Below, in pieces: positions 10,220 to 21,900 of a DNA stretch of 64,000 nucleotides. The DNA is taken from the NCBI GenBank assembly GCA_963816395.1, contig CAWFKQ010000013.1, forward strand, positions 64,001 to 128,000. Reading direction: 5' to 3'. Below the pieces are notes generated by a model. That model did not search any database, was not told the origin of the DNA, and was given only the letters and a program-made list of their open reading frames with translations. The stretch is from an uncultured delta proteobacterium. GTDB taxonomy: Bacteria > Desulfobacterota > Desulfuromonadia > Desulfuromonadales > JACZKF01. Every line of letters begins with the position of its first letter. Within the stretch, counting starts at the first letter, position 1. The position numbers and the translations under genes are program-made.

Positions 10220-11354
10220 TCAGTATTTGGCCTCTTCCCCCTCGATCTCGCCGGCGTCCAGGCGGGTGGCGTCCATGCGCCGCCAGACGTAGGCGATATA
10301 GGCGAGAACGAAGGGGACCCCGAGGGCGATCCAGGTCATCACTGCCAGGGTATAGCGGCTGCTCGAGGCGTTGTAGATGGTCAGGCTGTCCTGCAGGTCG
10401 ACGCGGGAGGGATAGAAGGGGGTGTGGTGGAAGCCGACGGTGAAGAAGAGGGCCAGGCCGACCAGCGCCGTCCCCGGTCCGGCCAGCCAGATGCCGGCCC
10501 GGCTGCGGCGAAAACCGCCGAGGATGCTTCCGCCGAGCAGCAGCACCACGCCGGCTCCCAGAAAACCGACGCCGAGCACCGGCATCGCCAGCAGGTTATC
10601 CAGGTATTTCCCCTTGCGGGAGAAAACTTCGCCGCTCTGCGGATCGACGCCGTAGCCGTGCATCCAGGCGATGCCGGTCATGACGATGAAGAAAAAGCAC
10701 AGCGTCCACAGCAGGTTGCGGCGGACCGCCTGGCGCAGGCGGCCCGCCAGCTCGTCCGCGGCCAGGTTGTTCAGCAGATAGAGCGCACCCAGCACCCGGG
10801 CGAGAAAGACCATGAAAAAACCGAGGGCCAGGTTGAAGGGGTGAAAGAGGGCCTCCAGGCCGCGCAGCGGGTTTGCCCAGGAAACCCGGCTGAAGGCGTC
10901 GAGCCGGAAGAAGGCGCCGCTGAAGAAGGTGCCGAGAAAGGCGCCGATCAGCAGCAGGCCGAGGCTGCCGTTGAGAAAGAGGAAGATCTCGTAGGTGCGC
11001 GCGCCGAGGAGGTTGCCCGGCTTCTTGCGGAATTCGAAGCTCACCGCCTGCAGGATGAAGGTGAACAGGATGCTCATCCACAACCAGTAGGCGCCGCCGA
11101 AACTGGTGGCGTAGAACAGGGGGAAAGCGGCGAACAGGGCGCCGCCGAAGAGCACCAGGGTGGTGAAGGTGAGCTCCCACTTGCGGCCGATCGAATTGAC
11201 CACCAGGGATTTTTCCGTCTCGCCGCGGGCAGCGGTGAGCAGCAGGGTCTGCCCCCCCTGGACGAAGGAGAGGGCGAGGAAGACCGCTCCCACCAGGGCG
11301 ATGATCCCCCACCAGATCTGCTGCAGTTGGGCTATGCGACAGATCGAAGAACAC
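10220..11354 (-). CDS. cydB: cytochrome bd ubiquinol oxidase subunit II (frameshift near N-terminus)
   Basis: SIGRKWELTFTTLVLFGGALFAAFPLFYATSF, SLTIYNASSSRYTL; polytopic membrane protein downstream of cydA. Confidence 0.9.
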
Positions 11355-11356
11355 CC

Positions 11357-12884
11357 TTATTCCTCCTTCGGCCCGAGGCGGATCTGCCGCAGCATGATCC
11401 CCACCTCGGCCAGCAGCAGAATGGTGAACAGCACCAGGAACATGTAGAAGCTGGCCTGCACGGTGCCCAGGGTCAGCTGGGAGTTGGCCACCTGTACCGG
11501 CAGCAGCCCCTGGATGGCCCAGGGCTGGCGCCCCACCTCCGCCACCACCCAGCCCAGTTCGGAGGCGACGAAGCCGAGAAAGAGCGTCAGGATCCCGGTG
11601 CGCAGCAGCCAGCGCTGCCGCTCCAGCGTGCCTTGGACGGCGAAATAGAGAAAGAGCAGGATCACCAGGGTGAAAAAGCCGCCGAGCAGGACCATGGCCC
11701 GGAAGCTGTAGAAGATGAGGCTGACCGGCGGCACCGCCTCTTCCGGGCGCTGCAGGTAGCCGTAGCCGAGAGCCTCGGCATCGGGGCGGAACTGCGCCAG
11801 GGCGGCTTCCGCCTGCTCCCGGTTCCCCGCCCGGTGGGCTTCCTTGTACCGGGCCAGCGCGCTGACCGCCCGCCGGCCGCGGGCGATCAGTTCGTTCACC
11901 CCCGTGATTCCCTGCTGCCGGTTGCCGTAGAGCAGATCCTCGATCCCCGGGACGAAGCCGATGGCGTTGCGCTTGGCCAGCACCGAAAGGAGAATCGGGA
12001 TCTGCAGCTTGTAGAGAAAGGGCGGCCGCTCATCGCCGATCCGCTTCTCCGGGTCGACCACCCCCATGATCACCAGGTGCGCCGGCTTTTCGCCGCTGTA
12101 AAGCGCCTCCATCGCCGCCAGCTTCATCGGCTGGACCTCGGCATTGGTGTAGGCCGATTCGTCCCCCGAGACGGCGACGTAGGCGGCGGCAAAGAAGCCG
12201 AAAACGCCGGCGACGATGATGCTGCGTATCGCCAGTTCCTGGTGCCGGTGGCGCAGCAGGAACCAGGCGCTGACGGCGATGACGAAGAGGGCGGAAAAGA
12301 GGAAGCCGGAGGCGGTGGCGTGGCCGAAGCGGGTAATGGCGGTGGGGTTCCAGAGCAGGGCGCCGAAATGCTCCATCTCGAAGCGGGCCCGTTCCGGATT
12401 GAAACTGCATCCCCACCGGGTGCTGCATCCAGCCGTTGGCCACCAGGATCCACAGGGCGGAGAGATTGGAGCCGACCGCCACCATCCAGGTGGAGAAAAG
12501 GTGAAAGCGCTTCGAGACCCGTCCCCAGCCGAAGAACATGACGGCGAAGAAGGTGGCTTCGAGGAAGAAGGCGAAGATCCCCTCGGCGGCCAGCGGGGCG
12601 CCGAAAATATCTCCCACCATCCAGGAGTAATTGGCCCAGTTGGTGCCGAATTCGAATTCCAGGATCAGGCCCGTGGCGACGGCAATGGCGAAGTTGACGG
12701 CGAACAGTTTCATCCAGAAGCGGGTGAGGCGTTTCCAGCTCTCGCTGCCGGTCTTCACGTACCAGGTCTCAAAAAAGGCGAGCAGGAAAGAGAGCCCCAG
12801 GACGAGCGGGACGAAGACCCAGTGGTACATGGCGGTGAGGGCGAACTGGGCCCGCGCCCAGTTCACCTGGCTCAGATCGGGCAC
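11357..12884 (-). CDS. cydA: cytochrome bd ubiquinol oxidase subunit I (frameshift ~12400)
   Basis: [55 protein letters not shown]. Confidence 0.92.
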
Positions 12885-12896
12885 CTTCTCCTCCCC

Positions 12897-13106
12897 TTAT
12901 TCCCCCCCCGGCAGGTGGGCCAGCCGGTCGAGGACGTGCGCCGCCCGCTCGGCATCGGTGGCGAAGTCGGTCTGCAGGCGATCAGGGAAGAAGAGCCAGC
13001 CGATCGCCAGCAGGACCAGGAGCTTGATCAGGACCAGCTTCCCCAGGCACCGGGCCAGGGGTGACGCGCGGAAGCCGTCCCGGAAGAATCGGAACAGGCG
13101 GATCAT
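12897..13106 (-). CDS. DUF4492-like small membrane protein preceding cydA
   Basis: FRFFRDGFR...LGKLVLIKLLVL...FFPD pattern and position before cydA. Confidence 0.7.
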   Translation of the reverse strand: MIRLFRFFRDGFRASPLARCLGKLVLIKLLVLLAIGWLFFPDRLQTDFATDAERAAHVLDRLAHLPGGE

Positions 13107-13157
13107 TCTGATGATTCTAGCGGCGGCCGGCGGATTGGCAAGGGGGTGTAAGGCAGC

Positions 13158-13226
13158 GAGGTAGTGAGGTATAGGTATGAGGTTGAGTAGTGGGAGTGAG
13201 GTAGGGTAGAGGTAGTGCCTACCTCT
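13158..13226. repeat. degenerate GAGGTAG-type short tandem repeats with terminal hairpin
   Basis: gaggtag/gaggtat/gaggttg units, ending AGAGGTAG-tg-c-CTACCTCT. Confidence 0.5.
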
Positions 13227-13239
13227 CCCAGCCTCCCCA

Positions 13240-13542
13240 CTAAAATTCCGGCGGTGCGTAGAAGTTCAGGGTCTTCAGGGGGGAACTGCCCGGGTTGTCG
13301 ATCTGGTGCGCTTCCCCGGCCTCGATCAGCAGCAGTGAACCCGCCTCCACCTCGAGCTGCCGGCCGGCCACGGTGGCCCGGCCGGCGCCGGTGAGGACAT
13401 ACAGCCACTGGTCGCCATCATGAGTGTTTTCCGGACCGCCGGTCGAGCTGCCGGGGGCGAGGACCATGGTGGCGGCTTCCGAACGCGCGGTCCCGGCAAT
13501 CACCTGGAAACCTTTTTCCGGCCTGATCTGCAAGTGCTTCAT
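13240..13542 (-). CDS. cupin domain protein
   Basis: THDGDQWLYVLTG and GSLLLIEAGEAHQIDN cupin motifs. Confidence 0.85.
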   Translation of the reverse strand: MKHLQIRPEKGFQVIAGTARSEAATMVLAPGSSTGGPENTHDGDQWLYVLTGAGRATVAGRQLEVEAGSLLLIEAGEAHQIDNPGSSPLKTLNFYAPPEF

Positions 13543-13621
13543 GATGTCCCCCTGCCGATGCGGAGAAAAAGCGCTGTGTACTCAGAGAGTAGCACGCCGG
13601 AGGAGAATTGAAAGCCGCGGC

Positions 13622-14137
13622 TCAGGGCCGGATCTCGACAATTGTGCCGTCCGGCACCAGCCGCCAGATTTCCTCGATTTCCCGGTTGGTGACGGCGATG
13701 CAGCCGCGGGTCCAATTGGATATGCGGTGCGCCTCGCCGATCATTGCCAGGTCGTCGGGAAGACCGTGAATCATGATGTCGCCGCCGGCAGGGACGCCCA
13801 GCCGGCGGGCCCGGGCGAGGTCCGCGGCAGAGGGGTAGGAGATATGCAGGGCGCGGTGGAAGCGGCTCTGCGGATTGCGGTAATCAATGACGTAGGTCCC
13901 CTCCGGGGTCCGCAGGTCCCCCTGCTCTTTTTTCGGCCCCCGGGGACGGCGACCGAGAGCGATCGGGTAGCGGCGGATCACCCTTCCCTCGGCCAGCAGG
14001 AGCAGACGGCGGGCGCTCTTTTCCACCACTATCCGGTCCGCCTGGAGGACAGGGGCTGGAGTGGCCGCGGCGGGGACGGCAAGGGTCAGCAAGAGAAAGA
14101 GAAGAGAGAAGAATCGCCAGGGGAATTTCATATTCAT
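13622..14137 (-). CDS. L,D-transpeptidase family (YkuD) protein
   Basis: GDLRTPEG, ALHISYP, IMIHG, WTRGCIAV; signal peptide. Confidence 0.9.
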   Translation of the reverse strand: MNMKFPWRFFSLLFLLLTLAVPAAATPAPVLQADRIVVEKSARRLLLLAEGRVIRRYPIALGRRPRGPKKEQGDLRTPEGTYVIDYRNPQSRFHRALHISYPSAADLARARRLGVPAGGDIMIHGLPDDLAMIGEAHRISNWTRGCIAVTNREIEEIWRLVPDGTIVEIRP

Positions 14138-14290
14138 GAGTATATCTTAAATAGAAATAAAATTGAGATATCAAGGGCATCGTAACGCGGAGCCGCAGAC
14201 GCAGAGAACCAATCTTTATCGGTTTGTTTCCCCCGGGAATCTCAGCGCCTCTGTTCGAAAAGTTCGACTTAAGTCAGTGGAAAAACCGGA

Positions 14291-14394
14291 CAACGCAAAG
14301 ACGCAAAGCTGAGAACCAAGGCGCAGAGAAAATCCGTAAAATTGTTTGCTTTACACCCTTTGCGGCTTTCATTTCCCTTTGCGCCTTAGCGTTG
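14291..14394. mobile_element. empty inverted-repeat element of the AACGCAAAG family (plus degenerate GCAGAG variant at 14183-14253)
   Basis: CAACGCAAAGACGCAAAG..AAGGCGCAGAG left arm; CTTTGCGGCTT..CTTTGCGCCTTAGCGTTG right arm. Confidence 0.65.
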
Positions 14395-14480
14395 AAATCC
14401 TTGCTTTTCATCGCCTTCGGGTGTGCCGCAGGCACATGTTGGACTGCATTAAATTTTATCTCTTTGCTTAAGGGCAGGGG

Positions 14481-15647
14481 CTACCCGGAGCGCAGGGCCT
14501 GGACGATGCCCATCCGAGCCGCGCGAATCGCCGGCAGCAGGCCGCCGGCGAATCCCATGCAGAGGGCGAAAGCGAGGGACTGGAAGAGGATGGAGGCGGT
14601 CAGGTCGAAGCCGAAGGCCAGTTCGGCAAAGGTCTGCCAGTTCATGGTCGAGATGGTGAGCAGCTGCAGGCCGGCGGCCAGGCCCAGACCGACCACCCCG
14701 CCCAGCAGCCCGAGCAGGAGCGCTTCGCCGACGAAAGCGGCCAGGATGCTCCAGCGGGAGAAGCCGAGGGCGCGCAGCGTACCGATCTCGGTTATCCGGC
14801 TGGCGACGGCGGCATACATGGTGATCATGGCGCCGAGGACCGCCCCGATGGAGAAGACGGCCGTCAGGGTGAGGCCGAGAATGCGCAGAAAGCTGGCCAT
14901 CGCCTGTGACTGGTCGGCATAGAATTGCGTCTCCCGCTTCGCCTCCAGGGGCAGCCGGGGGTCGCCGGCGAGCCGCTCCCGGAACGGTGCGAAATCGGCG
15001 TGGCGGCGCAGGCGAAAGAGCAGGGAGGAGAAGACGGTGCGGCGGAAGGCCTGCATCAGCTGCTCGCGGTCCCCCCAGATTTCCGAGCTGAAGCCGGTGC
15101 GGCCGGCCTCGAGCACGCCGACCACGGTCCAGTCGCGCTGGGCGAAATGCAGGCTGCTGCCGAGGTTGGCGCCGGCGAAGCGCTCGGCGATGCTGCGGCC
15201 GACGGCGATCTCCGTCGAGCCGGGGCGGGGCATGCGGCCGGTCGCCACCCGCACCTGCGGGCGCAGCGCCAGGGAGCGGGGGTCGATGCCGCGGATGACG
15301 ACATTGGCCGGTTTGCCGCTTTCCCGTCGCGGCAGGGTGATCAGCACCACCAGTTCCTTCGCCAGCAGCGGCTCGCCGTCGGCGGCGTCTGCCACCTCCG
15401 GCCGGTTCTCCACCACTGCCGCCTGCGCCCGCTCGATGCCGCTCTGCACCTCGGTTTCCGACCCCTCGCGGATCACCACCACGTTCTCCGGCGAGCCGGT
15501 AGCCACCAGCGTCTGTCGCAGCCCGGCGACCAGCATCAGGGTGGCGGCGAAGACAAACACCACCAGCGCCATGCCGGCGGCGGTCAGGGCGGTGGTGAGG
15601 CGGCGGCTGCGCAGGTTGCGCAGGGTGTAGAAGAAAGGGATGGGCAT
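14481..15647 (-). CDS. ABC transporter permease, MacB/FtsX family
   Basis: N-terminal TM, periplasmic domain, RITEIGTLRALGF, C-terminal TMs. Confidence 0.9.
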   Translation of the reverse strand: MPIPFFYTLRNLRSRRLTTALTAAGMALVVFVFAATLMLVAGLRQTLVATGSPENVVVIREGSETEVQSGIERAQAAVVENRPEVADAADGEPLLAKELVVLITLPRRESGKPANVVIRGIDPRSLALRPQVRVATGRMPRPGSTEIAVGRSIAERFAGANLGSSLHFAQRDWTVVGVLEAGRTGFSSEIWGDREQLMQAFRRTVFSSLLFRLRRHADFAPFRERLAGDPRLPLEAKRETQFYADQSQAMASFLRILGLTLTAVFSIGAVLGAMITMYAAVASRITEIGTLRALGFSRWSILAAFVGEALLLGLLGGVVGLGLAAGLQLLTISTMNWQTFAELAFGFDLTASILFQSLAFALCMGFAGGLLPAIRAARMGIVQALRSG

Positions 15648-15648
15648 T

Positions 15649-16792
15649 TTAGCCTATCCTCCGCAATCCCTCGGCGATGCGCACAGTGCACCCGCGCCAG
15701 GCGGGGAAGATGGCCGCCACGGTGCCGACCGCGGCGGCGGCGGCGAACTGCAGGGCGACCGTGTCCGGCGCCACCCGGAAGGCGGGGAAGAAGAGCTTGA
15801 GCGCTTCACCGATGACCCGGGCGACGGGGAAGGTCAAGGCGACTCCCAGGACGCCGCCGGCCAGGGCGATGAGCAGCGCCTCCCCGAAGACCAGGCCGGC
15901 GATATGGCCGGGGCCGAAGCCGAGGGTTTTCAGGGTGGCGTACTCGGCGAGCCGCTCGCGAGCGGTCATTGCCATGGTGTTGGCCGCCACCACCATGATG
16001 ATCAGGATGACCACGTAGGAGACGATGCGGATGGCGACGACGATCGCCTCGGTCATGGCGACGAACCCCAGCTGGAAGGCTTTTTCCGTCTCGGTGCGGG
16101 TCTCCGCCAGGGAATTGGCGAACAGCGCATCGACCGCCGCCGCCACCGCGGCGGCGTGCTCCGGGCGATCCACGCCGAGCATGAAGTAGCCGACCTGGTC
16201 GGCGCGGCGCGGCGCGCTCTTCTTCAGCGACTCGTTCAGGTAATCCCAGTGAAAGAAGAACTGGTTGCGATCGGTGCTCGGTTTCGCCCCCCGGTAGATG
16301 CCGCGCAGGACGAAGTCCCAGTTGCCGGGGAAGATCGTCCCCTGCAGAGTGATCTGGTCGCCGATGTGCCAGCCGAACTTCTCCGCCAGGTTGGGGCCCG
16401 CCACCGCCCCGCGCCGATCGCGCAGGAAGGCGGCGCGCTCCTCCGGCGACAGGATGAACTCGGGATAGAGCTGCAGATAGCTGCGCGGCTCGACGGCGAA
16501 ATTGGCGAAGAAATTCTTGCGGTCCTGATAGATGCCGCCGAACCAGTTGCCCCAGGCGACGGTCTCCACCCCCGGCACCTGGCGGATGCGCTCGGCGTAG
16601 GAGAGGGGGAGTGGGAAGATCAGGGAGATGGCATTGCGGGTGACCAGCCGGGTGGCGGAGGAGCCTTCCACCCCCAGGTACCAGACGCCGACCAGGGTGC
16701 GCAGCAGGCCGAAGGCGAGAATGGCGACCGCCAGCCCCGCCACCGTCAGGCCGGTGCGCAGCTTGTGCCGGCCGGCATTGCGCAGGACCAGC

Positions 16793-16803
<11 letters not shown>
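15649..16803 (-). CDS. ABC transporter permease, MacB/FtsX family
   Basis: [15 protein letters not shown], same topology as neighbour. Confidence 0.9.
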
Positions 16804-17527
<724 letters not shown>

Positions 17528-17536
17528 GCCGATCGT

Positions 17537-18751
17537 CTACTCCTGGCGCACCGCCACCCGGTCGCCGTCGGCCAGGGTGGCCGGCGGCGCCAGCACCACC
17601 CGTTCCCCGGCCTGCACCCCCCGCACGATCTCCAGCATATCGCCCAGCGCCTGGCCGGTTTCCACCGGCACGGCAACCGCCCGCTCGCCGGTGACCCGGA
17701 AGACGATCCGCCGCCCCTTCCTGTCCACTACCGCCGAGCGCGGCACGGCGGTGCGCGGCTGCCTCTCCGCCGGGCTGAGCGGCCGCTGCAGGAAGGCGAC
17801 GCGGGCGCTCATCTCCGGCAGCACCCGGGGGTCCTTTTCCAGAAAGCGCACCTTGACCATGACCGTCGCCTTGCTGCGATCGGCGGTCGGCACGATCATG
17901 TGGACTTTGCCGGGAAACCGGTCATCGGGGAGAGCGTCGAGCTGGATTTCGCAGGGCTGGCCGACCTGCACCAGGGTCAGGTTCGATTCGGAGACATCGG
18001 CTTCGACCTGCAGCGAGTCGAGATCGGCGATGGTCACTACCGCCGCCTTGGCTTCGGCGGCCGCCCCGATGGGAGTGACGATGTCGCCGATATCGGCGTT
18101 CTTGGTCAGCACGACGGCATCGAAGGGGGCGCGCAGCCGGGTGTAGTCGACCGCCACCTCCGCCCGCTGCAGGGCCGCCTGCGCCGCCGTCACCCCGGTC
18201 TGCGCCGCCGTCAGCGAGGCCTCGGCGCGCCCGTAGCGGGCTTCGGCCTGATCGAATTCGGACTGCGACACGTAACCGGCGGCGAGCAGGTCGGCCAGCC
18301 GCCGGTAGGCCAGGGTGGCATCCTTCAACTCGGCCCGGGCCTGCGCCACCTGCGCCTGCGCCGTCTTCACCTCGGCGGCCGCCTGGCTGCGTGCGGCCGC
18401 CACTTCCCGGCTCTCCAGGCGGGCAACCACCTCCCCCCGCTGCACCTGGCTGCCTTCCTCCACGCCGAGCCAGACCAGGCGCCCGGTGACCTCCGAGGCG
18501 ACCGCCGCCTTGCGCTGGGCCACCACGTAACCGCTGGCATTAAGCACGGTCAAGGGCTGCGAGGGATAGATGCGGGCGACGGTGGCGGTTTCCACCTTGA
18601 CCGCCGGCGCCAGCACGCCGCTCCACCACAGCAGCGCCGCCGCCATCGGCAGAAGCAGCAGAAGCAGCGGCAGCCACCACCGGCGGCGCCGGGAAGGCGG
18701 GGGCGCGCTCTTCCGGTCGATCTTCAGCCCGCCGAGATCTTCAGCCGTCAT
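17537..18751 (-). CDS. efflux periplasmic adaptor (membrane fusion) protein, MacA-like
   Basis: N-terminal anchor, LNASGYVVAQRKAAVAS, coiled-coil hairpin, LRAPFDAVV. Confidence 0.9.
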   Translation of the reverse strand: MTAEDLGGLKIDRKSAPPPSRRRRWWLPLLLLLLPMAAALLWWSGVLAPAVKVETATVARIYPSQPLTVLNASGYVVAQRKAAVASEVTGRLVWLGVEEGSQVQRGEVVARLESREVAAARSQAAAEVKTAQAQVAQARAELKDATLAYRRLADLLAAGYVSQSEFDQAEARYGRAEASLTAAQTGVTAAQAALQRAEVAVDYTRLRAPFDAVVLTKNADIGDIVTPIGAAAEAKAAVVTIADLDSLQVEADVSESNLTLVQVGQPCEIQLDALPDDRFPGKVHMIVPTADRSKATVMVKVRFLEKDPRVLPEMSARVAFLQRPLSPAERQPRTAVPRSAVVDRKGRRIVFRVTGERAVAVPVETGQALGDMLEIVRGVQAGERVVLAPPATLADGDRVAVRQE

Positions 18752-18976
18752 GGGCTCTCCATGCTCACCCGGGTTTCCCCGGTTCGGTATTCATGAATCG
18801 TTTCGGGGATCTTGGATAGTGTAACCCATTTCGGCCCGGAAATCAGTCCCGGAAAACTGGAACGGGGCGGCCTCTTTCTTCTTCCCCCTCTCTTGTCAAA
18901 GCCGCCACGAATGGTCTATTCTTAACGGTCGAACCTTGACCAAAAAACTCCTCTATCGTGATCTATCGTGGATGAC

Positions 18977-21900
18977 ATGGCTGAAGAAAAAGAGTGCATC
19001 CGGGTCCGCGGTGCCCGGCAGAACAACCTGAAGGGACTCGACCTCGATCTGCCGCTGCACGAGCTGATCGTCGTCACCGGCGTTTCCGGCTCGGGCAAGT
19101 CGTCCCTCGCCTTCGACACCGTCTACGCCGAGGGGCAGCGGCGCTACGTGGAGACCTTCTCCCCCTATGCCCGGCAGTTCCTCGACCGCATGGACAAGCC
19201 GCAGGTCGACCGCATCGAGGGGATCCCGCCGGCGATCGCCATCGACCAGACCAACCCGGTGCGCACCTCCCGCTCCACCGTCGGCACCATGACCGAGCTC
19301 AACGACCACCTCAAGCTCCTCTTCGCCCGGGCGGCGCGCCTGTACTGCCGCGGCTGCGGCCGGGAGGTGCGGCGGGACACCCCCGAGAGCATCGCCGACG
19401 CCCTGCTGGCCGGCGCCGCCGGCGAGGCGCCGCGGGCGCTGATCACCTTCCCGGTGCCGGTGCCGGCCAACTTCACCGCCGAGGAGGTGCAGGGCTTCCT
19501 CGCCGGCCAGGGGTATACCCGGCTGCACCGCCGGCAGGGGGAGGTGCTGGAGGTGATCCAGGACCGCCTGCGCCTGGCGCCGGAGCGCCGCGACCGCCTG
19601 GTGGAGGATCTGGAGGCGGCGCTGCAGCACGGCCGCGGCCGGGTCGCCGTCCATTTTCCCGAGGCGGCCGGGGCATCGCGCCTCTTTTCCGCCGACCTGC
19701 ACTGCCCCGACTGCGACCTGCACTACCAGGAGCCGACCCCCGGCCTCTTCTCCTTCAACTCGCCGGTGGGGGCCTGCCCGGCCTGCCGCGGCTTCGGCCG
19801 GGTGATCGGCGTCGACTACGGCCTGGTCGTCCCGGACGAGGGGAAGACCCTGGCCGAGGGGGCGATCAAGCCGTGGCAGACGGAGAGCTACCGGGAATGC
19901 CAGGACGACCTGGTGAAGTTCGCCAGAGAGCGCGGCATTCCCCTCGACGTCCCCTGGCGCGAACTGACCGGGGAGCAGCGCCGGTGGGTCATCGAGGGGG
20001 AAGGCAGCTGGGAGGACGGCCTGTGGTACGGCAGCCGGCGCTTCTTCGACTGGCTGGAGACGAAGGCCTACAAGATGCACATCCGGGTGCTGCTCTCCCG
20101 CTATCGGGCCTACAACCCCTGCCCGGAGTGCGCCGGGGCGCGGCTGCGGCCGGAGGCCCTGCTCTGGCGGCTGGTGGGGACAGGCTCCGCGCCAGCGGTG
20201 CCTGTCCCCCTTGGGGACGACACGGGGACAGGCACCTTTTCTGCGAAAAGGAGCCAGTCCCCGGGCCTGAATCTGCACGATCTCATGCTGCTGCCGATCG
20301 AGCGCTGCCGCGCCTTCTTCGAGGACGCTGGCTCTGCCGGCGCCCCTCGACCAGGCGGCCGAGCTGCTGCTGGCCGAGATCCGCAGCCGCCTGCGCTACC
20401 TGGTGGAGGTCGGGCTCCCCTATCTCACTCTCGACCGGCAGTCGCGCACCCTCTCCGGCGGCGAGGTGCAGCGCATCAACCTGACCACCGCCCTCGGCAC
20501 CTCCCTGGTCAATACCCTGTTCGTCCTCGACGAGCCCTCCATCGGCCTGCATCCGCGCGACATGGGTCGGGTGATCGGGGTGCTGCAGCGGCTGCGCGCC
20601 GCCGGCAACTCCCTGCTGGTGGTGGAGCACGATCCGCAGGTGATGCTGGCCGCCGACCGCATCCTCGACCTGGGACCGGGACCGGGTGCCCGCGGCGGCG
20701 AGGTGGTCTTCTTCGGCCGGCCGGCGGAGCTGCTGCAGGCCGAAAATTCCCGCACCGCCGATTACCTGACGGGCCGGCGCACGGTACGGGTCTCCGGCCC
20801 GGCCGGGGAGAGAACGACGCCAGGGCGGCTGCGAAGCCCGCCCCTGCGGCTTTTCTGGAGGTCCTCGGCGCCGCCGAAAACAACCTGAAAAACATCGACG
20901 TGCGCATTCCCCTGAACCGCCTGGTGTGCATCACCGGTGTCTCCGGCTCGGGGAAATCGACCCTGGTGCAGGACGTCCTCTATCCCGCCCTGCGCAAGCT
21001 GCAGGGGGCGCCGACCGAGGCGCCGGGGGCGCACCGGGGAGTGCGCGGCCATGCGCGGATCGCCGAGACGGTGCTGGTCGATCAGTCGCCGATCGGCCGC
21101 ACCGCCCGCTCCAACCCGGCCAGCTACGTCGGCGCCTTCGACCCGATCCGCCGCCTCTTCGCCGCCGAGCCGCTGGCCCGCGAGCGCGGCTACACCGCCG
21201 GCACCTTCAGCTTCAACGCCGGCCACGGGCGCTGCCCGACCTGCACCGGCAGCGGCTTCGAGCACGTGGAGATGCAGTTCCTCTCCGACGTCTACCTGCG
21301 CTGTCCGGACTGCGACGGCCGCCGCTACCGGCCGGAGGTGCTGGAGGTGAAGGTCATCGGCACCGGCGGCGGCCCGCCCCGCTCGGTCGCCGACGTTCTG
21401 GCGCTGACGGTGGCCGAGGCGGTCGCCTTCTTCGCCGACCAGCCGGAGGTGCTGCGCGCCCTGGAGCCGCTGCAGGCGGTGGGGCTCGGCTATCTCACCC
21501 TGGGCCAGCCGGTGCCCACCCTCTCCGGCGGCGAGGCGCAGCGCCTCAAACTGGCCGGCCACCTGGCCGCCGCCGGCGGCGGCCGAAAAGGCAACGGTAA
21601 GGCAGGGGCACGGCGCGCCGTGCCCAAGCCGATCCTCTTCCTCTTCGACGAGCCGACCACCGGGCTGCACTTCGACGATATCGCCGTCCTGCTGCAGGCC
21701 TTCCGCCGGCTGCTGGAGGAGGGGCACTCGCTGGTGGTGATCGAGCACAACCTGGACGTCATCCGCGCCGCCGACTGGCTGATCGACCTCGGCCCGGAAG
21801 GGGGGGAGCAGGGGGGGAGGTGGTCTGCGCCGGCCCGCCGGAAGCGGTGGCGGCCTGCGCGGCGAGCCACACCGGCGCGGCGCTGCGGGAGTATGCGGAT

